Origin: Alloascoidea hylecoeti
Lineage: Eukaryota
DNA: 64,000 nt
Reading direction: 5' to 3'
NCBI GenBank assembly: GCA_001600815.1
Contig: BCKZ01000001.1
Span: 912,613 to 976,612, forward strand
This document shows positions 1 through 12,068 of the stretch, one piece after another. The position numbers were made by a program, and so were the translations under genes. Numbering within the stretch: position 1 is the first letter of the stretch; each line of letters opens with the position of its first letter. The notes beneath the pieces are model-generated. The model made no database searches, was not told where the DNA came from, and saw only the letters and a program-made list of their open reading frames with translations.

Positions 1-246
1 CACGAAGAATGAGCTATTTATGCTTTCAACATCAAATTCTTCTTCAGTTGCGGAGTCAAAGATACGAAGTCGAACACATGGAGGAGGGGAAATTTGACGG
101 CGGTCCTTAAAAATTGAAGACATTCAGTTAATAAGATTGGTTGTCAATGAATAGTAGTAAAATTAAGATCATACTTTATCACCAAAGCCACACATGCGAG
201 CTCTAATAGGATGCTGGACAAATTCAAGTTTGTAGATTTTACCCAT
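1..246 (-). CDS. Velvet-domain protein (VelB/VosA-like), 5' part only; runs off the window start. Exons 246-175 and 105-<1, intron 106-174
   Basis: Not in the ORF track. Manual spliced translation gives MGKIYKLEFVQHPIRARMCGFGDK|DRRQISPPPCVRLRIFDSATEEEFDVESINSSFFV, matching the velvet signature Y.L...Q.P.RARMCGFGDKDRR.I.PPPCVRL. Intron GTATGA...TATTAAC...TAAG. A further upstream exon cannot be excluded. Confidence 0.9.
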
Positions 247-613
247 CTTAAAAAAGATTACTTGTAAATGGTCGGTAGGTATAACTGAGAGGGAAAAAGA
301 ACCATAAAATGGGCAATAAGGAAATGGAGGTCTATATATCTAAAAGCATCGCATTTTCATTTGTACCGTTCATGCAAGTATTCTTCTAATCATTTTCTGC
401 GATGCAATCGTATATATATTTTTTCATTTTATATGCATAATTAATTATTTTATAATTTTAGCTGCAGTGTACTAATTCGGGATTGTGCATATGCATTATG
501 TATTTGTAGCCCACTGCGCATTTTTAACATTTTTCAGCGTTCGCATATATTACACCCGTACGTCTTGAGACTTCGGAAGTTTCACAAATCTTATATTTTA
601 ACATTGTGTTAAT

Positions 614-1678
614 ATGACCACATTACCTGCCAGATCTGTAGTCTTTTCGGCTATTCAACCTACTGGGATATTTCATCTTGGAAATTATCTCGGTGCTATT
701 CAAAATTGGCATCTTTTATCATCGGAAAATCCAGAATCAACCTTTTACTTTGCGACTGCTGACTTACATGCTATTACAATGCCAAAGGACGCTGATTTAT
801 TAAGACAGTATCGTAAGCAGGCTATTGCTTCGATTATTGCTTCTGGAATAGATCCGAAGACCAAAAATGTGACGCTATTTCATCAGTCATCTGTTCCAGA
901 ACACGCAGAGTTATGCTGGATTCTAGGGACCCAGACGGGGATGGGTCACTTAAATCGAATGACACAATGGAAATCTAAACTTAACCTGTCACAATCGGTA
1001 AACATTGATAATAACAAGGTCTTATCATCTTTGAAACTAGGTCTATTCAGTTATCCAGTTTTACAGGCAGCAGACATTATCTTGTATAAGGCTACTCATG
1101 TTCCAGTAGGTGAAGATCAATCACAGCATTTGGAACTCTCAAGGCATCTAGCTAATAAATTTAATACTACGTTTTGTGAAAAAGATAAACCAATCTTTCC
1201 AATACCATCAACATTATTGACGCCTACGAGGAAAGTGCTGTCTTTAAGAGATCCAAACAAAAAGATGTCAAAAAGTGATCCCGATCCTAATAGTAAAATC
1301 TTCATTACTGACTCGCCAGATGTAATCCGTACTAAAATCTCAAAGGCAATAACAGATTCAATTCCAGGGGCCATTACGTTTTCTCGAACTGAACGTCCCG
1401 GAATTGCAAATTTATTGGCAATTGTAGCAGGTCTAAGGCAAACTACACCAGAAGAAGTGGTAGAGTCATTACCATCATCTATTACAAATCATAAAGAATT
1501 CAAAAGTTATGTTTCAGATGAAATCATTGCAGGACTAGAAAAGCCGAGGAATGAATTTGAACGGATAATTAAAGAACCCCAGTACTTGGAAGCCGTTGCA
1601 AAAGAAGGTTCAGATTCTGCAAGAAATATTGCACAGGATGTGATGATAGAGGTGAAGAGAGCCGTTGGATTTTTATAA
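614..1678 (+). CDS. MSW1: Mitochondrial tryptophanyl-tRNA synthetase
   Basis: FSAIQPTGIFHLGNYLGA (HIGH-like), YPVLQAADI, VPVGEDQSQHLE and KMSKS motifs of bacterial-type TrpRS. Confidence 0.95.
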   Translation: MTTLPARSVVFSAIQPTGIFHLGNYLGAIQNWHLLSSENPESTFYFATADLHAITMPKDADLLRQYRKQAIASIIASGIDPKTKNVTLFHQSSVPEHAELCWILGTQTGMGHLNRMTQWKSKLNLSQSVNIDNNKVLSSLKLGLFSYPVLQAADIILYKATHVPVGEDQSQHLELSRHLANKFNTTFCEKDKPIFPIPSTLLTPTRKVLSLRDPNKKMSKSDPDPNSKIFITDSPDVIRTKISKAITDSIPGAITFSRTERPGIANLLAIVAGLRQTTPEEVVESLPSSITNHKEFKSYVSDEIIAGLEKPRNEFERIIKEPQYLEAVAKEGSDSARNIAQDVMIEVKRAVGFL

Positions 1679-4600
1679 GATATGCTGATGCCTTTGGAAG
1701 CATATGTTAACGTTTAATTTGCGATTGTAAAAATCATGTGTTGTATATATTAAAATTGCAAATCAAATATTGATATAAACTAAAAATGCGAGTAGAATAT
1801 GCGCGTAGTATTGAAAGTTATAATTTTAACAGATGACCCCATTAGTCCTACTAGATTTGGTACTTCTATCGGGATTTTCTTGATTCTTCGTAAGTTTTAA
1901 TTCAGCATATTATATAAACTAATTACTATTTAAATGAAAAAGTGTGCCTTATAATTATAATTAATGATAATTATAATGTACGGCCATCCGTTTCGAAGAC
2001 AGAAAAAAATATGTTAGCTCCGTCCTTAAAAGCTTATAACAAAACATTGCAATTAAATTTACACTTACTTCTATATTTAAGAAAAGGTCCAACATCTCAG
2101 ATCTTACATTGTCATTATTTAATACAGGTAAAAATTCTACTATTATTACTTGTGAAGTTTATAATATTCTAATATTAATATAATTATCATATTTTTGGCC
2201 AGAGGTCAACCAAAATTATTCAGTTTTGACGTAAATGACTTAGCACCCTTGCAATTCTAAAAAACGATATAGGCAATATGGACCTACATATATTTATGAA
2301 TTTAGAGTAACTAATGTTTTCGATTGAAATATGAAATTTAAGATGTTATCTATAATAAATATATCATTTAACAGATAATTAACATTAATGAATTTGGATT
2401 GTGATTATGTACATTAATTATATTTTTATTTCAATATTAATATTATATCGCTAATAATAAGCTAGACTTGGAGTTCTAATTAATGCTTCTCTAAATCTGT
2501 TAATTTATGATGGACTTATAGGTTTTAAAGACCTTCAAATTACACATAAAAATGTAGATGGTTAGGCCTAGCTAAACTTAAAATTGCGGATGTCTCAACC
2601 TTTCCTAGATATATATTGTTAGTTATAACAATAACTAGCTGCTATGGGTATATTGTGGTTGATATAAGACTAATATATAATTATATATGAGCCGCGGGCT
2701 ATATTTAACAGATTTTTAGTTTTTCGATTGCAATCTTGCGAAGACCGATATATAAATTTTTTTATAATTGCATATCGATGATCTTTCTCTACAGTAACCC
2801 AATTACAAACAAAATGACTTATTGAATAGGCATAGCTATTCATTCTCATGAACATGATCAATTGTATCTTTCCATTAGAATTTATTTTATTACCCTAATA
2901 GCAATATTAATAATTTCTTAGTTTCTTGAGCTCATAGTGAGATGTGCATGTGCATCTATCCATCTGTCAATGTTAATTACAATACAAAATACCAAATTAA
3001 TCTTCCAATGGTACTCAGTTAATAGCTATAGCTATCATGATATCTTATAATCATTACATTTGCAAGTAGAGAATAGAAAGAGCATCAATTGCAGTTGTCT
3101 TTTTGACACCTACGAAATTGTGCAATTATGTTAAGACTACATCACAAACATCATTATCAGTTTCTCTCTTGTTCTCAAAAGACCCTTATTATATTATCAT
3201 AGAAGATCACTAAAAATATTTGCAAACATGATACTGCAAGAACTGTGGCTTTGTATACTCATCAACTCTAAATATATAAACTTTTTGTTTCAATTCTAAA
3301 TTCATAATTCTAGTTTTGAACGGAGAAGTAACAGCCTTAACTTACTGAGAATTATGACTATAATTAGAATATCTTATATTCAAATGAAGTAAAGTTTAAG
3401 ATATTATAGTGGTTTTACACAATTGAAACATATGTGCTTTAGCTATAACTATTGTTAATTATAATAAAATATCATGTCTATAGCTATAATACCTGATTAT
3501 AAGTTTATTTATATAAATAAGACAAAAAAATCAATACGACATTAACCACTATATGGTAGTAAATGTAATTAATAATTGAAACCTCGCGAAAATTTCCCTT
3601 TTTAATTGTTTATAAATAATAAACTGTTAATTCGATCGAAGTATCTCATAACCACTCTAGCATGTGCAAGGTATTAATTAAACTCAATTAAAAACTGTTA
3701 AGTTTCTAGAACTAACCCTCTGGTTTTATTTTGGGTATATTTATGTTAATGGCATAGTATTGCATATAACAGGCAATTTATTATATTTTGTAGATATTAA
3801 CAGATCAATATTTTATAAGTGCTAGTTAATTATGGGTGGTTTCCTTATCCAGTAATTATTTCATGATTGCTATTGTAATAATTAATCGACTAAAGTCAAA
3901 AGAATTATATTATAAACATATATTGTACTTTCTAGAACTTTCAATATTTGCTAAATAAGAATATTGTTCTAACAGACACTTTAATAACTTGAACGTCATC
4001 ATGAAAATAAATCTATTTAATATTAATATCTCTACAATCTTGGAATTTGCTTGAACTTTATACGCCCGCTTTTCCCATCATAACCAAACTCGATATAAAT
4101 CTAAAAGTTTTGCAATTGATCAAAAATACTGTAGCTACGTATACACTTTTAGTTTAAGGTAGTTTCTACTTAGAAATTGTGCCAAACGCTTCAATGGATT
4201 TAAAATCAAATAGATATACTAATATGTGTCTCTAAATGTGTTCCTGTACCTCTAAATTTATGTTCGAAATTGAATGCAAAGCTGCAGCTAAGAAATCCTA
4301 CTCACAACTACTATCAAGCAACTTCTTGACTTCTAATTAATAACATTCTTCCTATTCAGCAAACAGGACTATTAAGAATTTAGATATAGTACTAGTATCA
4401 GTGCTAGCATCAAGAATCCAAATTGATGATTTTATTTTTTAGATCTGTTGTAGAATCCTCCGCACTTCAATCTGGTTCAAATGAGGGTATGAAACAGGTA
4501 TTAATTCAGGTCTCATTTTTCTCTTCGTTTAAATACCTTTCCCAGGAGCAAGATTCTTCTTATCTTTTATAGCTACAACCTTTATAACTTCCGTAGAATA

Positions 4601-5326
4601 CAATTGAATATTTTGAAAAAAAGAATTATATGGTGTAACAAATGGTACAACCCCGTCAAGAAACATCACACAAGTATTGTCATAAGAGCGTTTAGTCTTA
4701 AGATTTTTTGAACCCAATTAAAGTTGAGAGGAGGAACTTATAACATATCCAAAGAATAAATTTCTCAGTCAAGTTCTATTTTATCTAGCTAGCCTTTTTT
4801 TTTTTTTTTTTTTTTGTTCGTTTTAAACAATTACTATTATAAGCGTACACAAATACATATAGGCTAATATAAAACTATTCACCTCCAAATACTCTAATTC
4901 GTCCGAGAGCCGCAAACTATAGTATTCATATAAATAAACTAGTAGCTATAATGTAGAATGGAAAACGCTACCGGTATTTAGAAATCAATAATAAAGTACG
5001 ACTGGCGTGATTTAAAATAAGATAGTGGATAATATGGACTGATTGTGCTTCTAAAGTTTTGGAGCATTAAATGTCTATGGCATTTTATTCTCTTTCATAA
5101 GGTGTTATCTGAGTTTTTTGTTTGATTTAATGATCGGAATGAAATTTTACAATAGTTGAGCAATTCTTAACTTTTCTTCGATAAACACAATATAAAGAAG
5201 TGCAAATAAATATAACAAACTAACTAACTAAATGCAATAAGAATTTAAAATTTTAAATATCTTAGCCTTAATAAATTGTAACATTACTATGATTATTATG
5301 TATTGGCAATTGGTTGTTTTCTACAC

Positions 5327-5350
5327 CACGTGCACCATCACGTGCACCAT
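5327..5350. promoter_or_regulatory. Tandem 12-bp duplication (CACGTGCACCAT x2) carrying two E-boxes upstream of the EAF gene
   Basis: Sequence ccacgtgcaccatcacgtgcaccat; CACGTG is the bHLH (Cbf1/Pho4-type) core. Confidence 0.5.
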
Positions 5351-5648
5351 CGAAATAAAGTTCTTCACTGCATAACAATCACGACCGAAAGAGCATAAAT
5401 TAAAGTGTCCTATCATTTGAAATTTAACATCAAAACTTGGCTTCTGTCTAGATCTCATCTTTCCATTTTTATTCATTTGATCTTAAATCTCCAAATTCTG
5501 AGAGAACTTCTTTTTTACAATCAATTACAATACTCTACTATTTATTAGTACTCAATATCTCATTTTCGGTTTCCATTTTGTTTTATATCTTATAATTTGT
5601 TAAAAAGGGATTCTTTATTACTCTTGGTTGCTAATTTAAGGAGTTATT

Positions 5649-6928
5649 ATGTCTTCTGGTAACTTGATTCCTAACGGAGAATATGAAGTTAATGTTTCTC
5701 CTTCACTTTTTACCAAAAAAGATTCTGCTGCTTCTCAAAATGAGGGTGTTTTTGCTGTTCGGTGTAAGTAACTTTTGCTGGTGAAATGTAAATGGCAAAT
5801 TAATAATAAAATTATAGATGGATTTCGGCCCGATTCAATCGATGATACAGCTCCCTTGTTATTAAAAAAAGAAAGCGATAAATATATATTAGAAGCTCAG
5901 GCCAAAAACGATGTATGTCATTTGTAAGTTCTGAATGTTTTGTTGGAAGGTACTAATATTAACTGTTATACCTATAGCCTAATGAAGTGGTTACATTTGC
6001 TGGAAATCCAACAAAAAGTAATGAGCTTGATTGTATTTTTATTTTTGATCAAGTAACAAAAACATTTTCATTGGAGAAATTAACATCGACGCTTCGGGTA
6101 AATGCATCAAGGGGTAAAAAAGCACCAAGGTCAAATGGTACAAGTAGTAACTCCCCTCCTAGTAATAATACTCCAATAAGTCCCATTTTTCGACCACAAA
6201 CTAGTGATGAGAATGCGATGGATATTGATGAAACTCCTATAGTTAAACCAAAACCAAAACCAAAACCAATCTTCCCATTAAATAATACAAATAATTCAAC
6301 CAATACAACTAAGAATGATACTCTTACGACTTCTAAAAAAACATCTAATAATAAAATGAAAACAAATCCATTACGAAAACCCAAAAAGCCACGAGCTAAG
6401 AAACCGCTTACATTAACAACAAATACAAGCACAAGCACAAGCACAAAGAATGAAGGACAGAACCCTGAATTTTTTGATATACCATCATTATCAAACAGAC
6501 AAACAGTTGGATCTAAAACTTTACCAAAATCCACAATACCAATCGAAAATGAAATGGAAGAGGAAATTTCAGATGAAGATGATGACGAGGATGGTTTTGG
6601 ATCATTAGCTAATGAATTAGAAGCGGGGTTGGCTGATATTTCTGCAGAAGTTGGGCCAAATTCTTTAATTAGAGATCCCATGTCAGGTAAACCTAGTGAT
6701 GAAGAAATAAGTGACGCAGATGATGATGACGACTTTTATTATTCTCAAAACCCTTCTAATATGATAGTTGTTGATGAGCCGCATGCACAGCCAATTGCAA
6801 CCAATGGATCTGTAGCTTTAGGTGGAAATGGAACAAATGGAGCTAGAAGTGGCCCCATTAGTCTAAAAGGATTATATGCTCCACAAAATGGAAGTGATGA
6901 TGATTTATCTAGCAGTGAGGAAGAATAA
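5649..6928 (+). CDS. ELL-associated factor (EAF) family elongation factor. Exons 5649-5763, 5818-5912, 5978-6928
   Basis: Introns GTAAGT..TAG (5764-5817) and GTATGT..TACTAAT..TAG (5913-5977) join in frame to give MSSGNLIPNGEYEV...AVRYGFRPDSID...TFAGN...DCIFIFDQVTKTFSLEKL, the EAF N-terminal pattern; acidic C-terminus ends SSSEEE. Confidence 0.8.
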
Positions 6929-7075
6929 TGTTTAATAATAATAATGAAGACTAAAGATTTACGGATATATAATATAAATTACATGATATTATAAATATTT
7001 ATAAGAAACGCTCAGAAATATAATATTTTGAATTATACTATTATTGTATTTTTTTCGTTAAAGAGATTATGTTCA

Positions 7076-8811
7076 TTATTGTGCAACCATTCCTCTTCCT
7101 TGTGCTCCTGCTCTTATAGCCTGTTGAGCAGCTGATGGTTGAGGTTGAGAAGCCTTTTGACTTTCTTCATTTTTAACGGTTTCATCAACAGATAAAATTA
7201 AAGTAGCAGCTTCAGTAGCAGATTCTATAGCATTAATTTTAACTAGAGCAGGTTCCCAAACAAAATTATTAAAATTGTTAGCAACTCCTTCATTAATAAA
7301 ATCTACACCAGCCCAAATATCATTTTTAGCATGTAACATTCGTAATTTATTTAAAATATCAGTACCATCTAGACCACCATTTTCACATAATTGACGTGGA
7401 ATAATTTCTAAAGCTTTTGCAAAAGCAGAAATGATTAATTGTTGTTTACCAGCAATTGTCATTGAAAAATCTCTTAAATATTTTGAAATTTCCATTTCAA
7501 GGGCACCACCACCAGCAACTACTAAATGGTTTTTAATTGCTCTTTTAACAATCATTATAGCATCATGTAAAGATCTTTCGACTTCAGCAATTACTTGTTC
7601 AGCACCACCTCTTAAGATTAAAGTACAAGTTTTTGTTTTTGGACAACCTTTAAAAAAATTATATCTTTCACCGCCAACTTGAGCTTCTTCAAAAGTTTCA
7701 CAAGTTCCTAAATGATTTTCAACATCAATATCCGAAGTTGTTGATTGAATTAAACCACCAACAGCTAATATAACACGATCTAAATCTTGAGAAGAAACTC
7801 TACCAGCACAAAATATATCTCTATCAGCAAAATATTGAGTTGCCAAATCACCAATTGGTAATTTTGATAAAACAATATTAGCACCAGTATTTTCAATTGC
7901 TTTTAATTTATCAAAAATGATTTGCCATTCAGCATCAACAATTGCTTGATAATCATTAACTTGTTCAACTCTAACTTCAGCATTATCTTTTTCAGCTTTT
8001 AATTCTAATTCAACATTAAGACATAAAATTTTAGGATTTTTAAAATGTTTTGGTTGTTGTTCAAAACCAGCATAAGAAAATGTTTTTTTAAAAGCAACAC
8101 CATCAATAAATAAAGAATCTTCAAACCCACCACCAGATATTTTTTTAATACCAATTAAATTTTCATCTAAATCATCTTGATCTAAAGATAATACAGCATC
8201 AACAACCATTTTTGTGAAAAATAAAGAGTTTGCTTTAATTAATTTTGAAGACATTGCAGTTGTAGCACATCTTTCTAATAATTCTCTAAATTCTTTTTGG
8301 TCATCTTTTTGGATATTAACAGCCAATTCACGAATTCTTTTGGCAGCAAGTTGGGATGCTTTCCTATAACCTTTGTTAATAACATGGGTTGCAATTCCTT
8401 CATCAACAAATTGTTTTGCTTGTTTTAGTAATTCGCCAGCTAATAATGTAACAGAAGTTGTACCATCACCAACTTCAGCATCTTGAGATCTTGAAATGTC
8501 AACTAGAACCTTAGCAGCAGGATGAACAACATCTAATAGTTTTAGAATTGTTGCACCATCGTTTGAGATTGTAGTTTGACCACTGGAATCAACAATCTTT
8601 GGTAGTAAAGTTAGATCAGATCAATATTAATAATGGCATAATATAAACAACATACCAATATATCAGAACCATAAGGACCTAGAGTAGATTTCAGAGTATC
8701 CTGGATCGCCAAACATGCGTTGATATTACTTATGATCTGGCCTCTTCCCTGAGATGAATCGGTCCCCTCTTTCAGGACGACGATAGTTGGTGTTTGTCCT
8801 CCAAAACTCAT
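7076..8811 (-). CDS. CCT7: Chaperonin CCT/TRiC eta subunit. Exons 8811-8656 and 8596-7076
   Basis: N-terminus [27 protein letters not shown] motif; intron 8597-8655 GTATGT...TCTAAC...AAG restores GSDIL|IVDSSG. Confidence 0.95.
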
Positions 8812-9495
8812 TTGTGTATGATATTTCGCGAAAAGTGAAGACTGTGGAATCTTTGCAACTTTTCCAGTTTCTCTTTTTCTGGCGGTGGTCTGAGCACGGC
8901 AGCGTATATGTCAGCATGCGTATTTCCGGAAGTATGACTGCTGAACATACGGGAACATTCCACTGATCGTTTGTTTACTGGTAGCTACAGGTATAAATCT
9001 CGATACTCAAACAAAGACTGGTAGAAAGTTGCAGTTTGAAAGCTTCAAGCAATATTCATGTCCGTAGATTATTCCTCCGGAATGACGCGGGCCTTAACGG
9101 TTGAGATACGAACTGCCCGCCCCGCCGTCCCCCGTCGTCCCTCTTCCACGTACAGTCTCCGGAGGAACCAGAGACACGGGAATCATTCCAATTATACCAA
9201 CGCGGATAGGTCAGAACCGTCATTAAGAACAACAAACCCTCTTTTCTTCAGTCGTATTTTTTCATTTCTTATTTGTTATCATTTTTCTTCATTTTTGTAT
9301 ATATAATCTAGATACAGCAATCAATTTTACTGGACTTTTAGGGTGTTTAACTTTTGTGTACTACTTTACTACCCTTCCCCCTCCTTACTTTTCCAGTTAT
9401 TTTTTCATATTTATCATAATCAATACCAAACTTCTGGTGTTCTTCTCCCGGTATTTCTCTGCCAAAAATAATTCAATTTTGTATATTCTAATGTC

Positions 9496-11769
9496 ATGTC
9501 TAAACTAAATAATGAATCCGCCTTCTCTCATACTTCACGGTTTTCCCAGAAAATCGCCTCTACCGCCCAAACTTTGGTTTCATCAGATCTTTCATTAATT
9601 TCTTCTCCTGCTTATACGAATGCGATATCGGATATAACTGGTTTAAACAAGTCTACACAATTACAACGTCGGAATCAACAAACCAATTCCACTAGTTTCT
9701 CAGAAGATTTTGATCAAGATTTAAGACGGAAAAATTCAAATAAAACAAAGAAATATTCAAATGCAAGAGGTTTATTCGGTTTCACAAGTCAAGAAGTTTG
9801 GAAATCAAAATTATCTAAGAAAGAAATTGAATATAAAGCATTAACAAGATTAAGTGATGAATTATTAAATGATTTACCTCCAACGAATAAAAATGATTCT
9901 TTTAGTTTATACCAAGGATTTGAGGCATCATTACCGGATATTAATGATCAATTAAAATCAATTTATAATGCAAAAAATAAAAATAAAAATGCAAAACTAT
10001 TAACTAATGGTACAACTTCAAATGGTTCAAAAGCTTTAATATTAACTAATAATGAACAAGAACAAGAACACGAAGATGATGCTTTTGATCTTCGGGATAC
10101 AAATTTCGAAAACTATACTTTTAAAGATCCTTTTAATTCAAATAAAATTCATAATTCAAAATCTTTAAAAAAATTATATTTTTATAAAGATAATTTAGAT
10201 CATAAAGTAGATTTATTAGAAATTAGAAAAAATTTAGCATCAAGTGAAATTCGTGAATTAGATGCAAAAATCGTGAAATTACAATCAATGAGAGGAATAG
10301 TTTTCAGAAGAGTTGCAAATTTAGAGCAAGAACAAATCATGTTAGAAAATCATAGACCTGAAATTGAAGAAAAAATTGAAGAATTAATTCAACAAGGTAT
10401 TACAGAAGATACTACTGATATAGATGATGATGTTGAAATTGAAAATGATAATAATAAAACAGAAGATAAAGATGATGAAAATTCTTTTGAACATCATAGA
10501 TCAACATCGCTTCAATTAAAAAATAATGAAGATTTTAATGATTTATATCAACCAGAAAATGAATTCTTATCACAATCAATTTATACAAAATTACAAAAAT
10601 CTCCATCATTATCATCAACTACAACATCAACATCAACTCCAATTAAAAAGAAAAATTCATTTTTTCAAAAACGAAAACAAATAAATCGTAAAATAAAACC
10701 AACATTACAAAATTTTTGTAAGCCAGGTGAATCAATAAATAAATTTAAATCTCATTCAAATTCAATAACTTGTCTTGATTTTAATATACCTTTTGGAACA
10801 TTAATTACTGCATCATTGGATAATACAGTAAAAGTATGGGACTTATCTGCTGCTGCTTTTAATGAAATTAATAATAATAGTGCATATAAGAAAAAAAGGA
10901 AAGAAAAGATAAAAATTGGTGAATTAAATGGTCATGAATCTTATGTTAAATGTATGCATATGGAAGATAATATTGTTGTTACTGGATCTGCTGATAATAC
11001 ATTGAAATTGTGGGAACTTGAAAATCTTAATATGGATGATGATTATGAAGAAGAAGAAGAATGTTGTATTTATACATTTAGAAGTCATGTTGATGAAATA
11101 ACTGCATTATATTTTAATGGTTATAATTTAGTTAGTGGTTCCAAGGATAAAACAATAAGACAATGGGATATGCATACGGGGAAGTGTTTACAAACACTTG
11201 ATGTTCTTTGGGCTGCTTCAAATATAGCTTCACCTACTTCTTCAACTTTACCCGTTATAAATAATATAGCATCTTCATCATTGAATTATGAACAAAATGA
11301 TGATTTTGATGTCACATTTATTGGTGCTTTACAATGTTTTGATGCTGCTTTAGCAAGTGGTACAGCAGATGGAATCATAAGACTTTGGGATTTAAGAACA
11401 GGTCAAGTTCATAGATCATTAATTGGCCATACAGCTCCAATAACAACATTACAATTTGATGAAAGACATTTAATAACTGGTTCAATAGATAAAAGTATTA
11501 GAATATGGGATTTAAGAATGGGTTCAATAGTTGATCATTTAAATTTTGATTCTGGTATAATAAATTTACAATTTGATTCAAGAAGAATTGTTTGTTCTAC
11601 AATGAATGATAGTACTGTCAAAATATATGATAGAGCTACTGAAAAACTATGGGAATGTGGTGATGGTGTTAACAATGAAAATTCCGAGTTTATTAATTAT
11701 GTAAGATATAGAGAAGGTTATTTAGTAGAAGGAAAAAGAGATGGCACAATAGGAAGCTGGGCATGTTAA
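9496..11769 (+). CDS. MDV1: Mitochondrial fission adaptor Mdv1/Caf4 (N-terminal extension, coiled coil, WD40)
   Basis: FSLYQGFEAS motif, coiled coil LEIRKNLASSEIRELD, WD repeats ITCLDFNIPFGTLITASLD and LQCFDAALASGTADG. Confidence 0.9.
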   Translation: MSKLNNESAFSHTSRFSQKIASTAQTLVSSDLSLISSPAYTNAISDITGLNKSTQLQRRNQQTNSTSFSEDFDQDLRRKNSNKTKKYSNARGLFGFTSQEVWKSKLSKKEIEYKALTRLSDELLNDLPPTNKNDSFSLYQGFEASLPDINDQLKSIYNAKNKNKNAKLLTNGTTSNGSKALILTNNEQEQEHEDDAFDLRDTNFENYTFKDPFNSNKIHNSKSLKKLYFYKDNLDHKVDLLEIRKNLASSEIRELDAKIVKLQSMRGIVFRRVANLEQEQIMLENHRPEIEEKIEELIQQGITEDTTDIDDDVEIENDNNKTEDKDDENSFEHHRSTSLQLKNNEDFNDLYQPENEFLSQSIYTKLQKSPSLSSTTTSTSTPIKKKNSFFQKRKQINRKIKPTLQNFCKPGESINKFKSHSNSITCLDFNIPFGTLITASLDNTVKVWDLSAAAFNEINNNSAYKKKRKEKIKIGELNGHESYVKCMHMEDNIVVTGSADNTLKLWELENLNMDDDYEEEEECCIYTFRSHVDEITALYFNGYNLVSGSKDKTIRQWDMHTGKCLQTLDVLWAASNIASPTSSTLPVINNIASSSLNYEQNDDFDVTFIGALQCFDAALASGTADGIIRLWDLRTGQVHRSLIGHTAPITTLQFDERHLITGSIDKSIRIWDLRMGSIVDHLNFDSGIINLQFDSRRIVCSTMNDSTVKIYDRATEKLWECGDGVNNENSEFINYVRYREGYLVEGKRDGTIGSWAC

Positions 11770-12068
11770 TATTAATAGAAAACATAATATATTTTAGCTA
11801 TATAATAATCTGTATATTTTCAATAATTTTTATATTTATAGCAGATTATGTTATATATATACTGTATAATACTTAGCAAATATTTAGCTTAATGGTGGCT
11901 TAAATTAAGCGAAATGACAGTAAATTATAACCTACGGCTGATACTTGCATATACCGTAATACACTACATTGCAATATTGTACTAATTATAGGTTTCTATT
12001 TTACAGACGTTGACATATATATGTGATATATTGCCAACTAATAACATAAATTAATGTACAATAAACGA

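Noticed and set aside
5337..5395. CDEI-like ATCACGTG followed by CCGAA as a point centromere
   Set aside because: The spacer is only ~40 bp and not extremely AT-rich; more simply a promoter E-box.
6049..6681. 210-aa antisense ORF
   Set aside because: Antisense shadow of the low-complexity EAF exon; no motifs.
9058..9306. 82-aa ORF upstream of MDV1
   Set aside because: Lies in a GC-rich divergent promoter and runs into T-rich UTR-like sequence; no recognisable motif.
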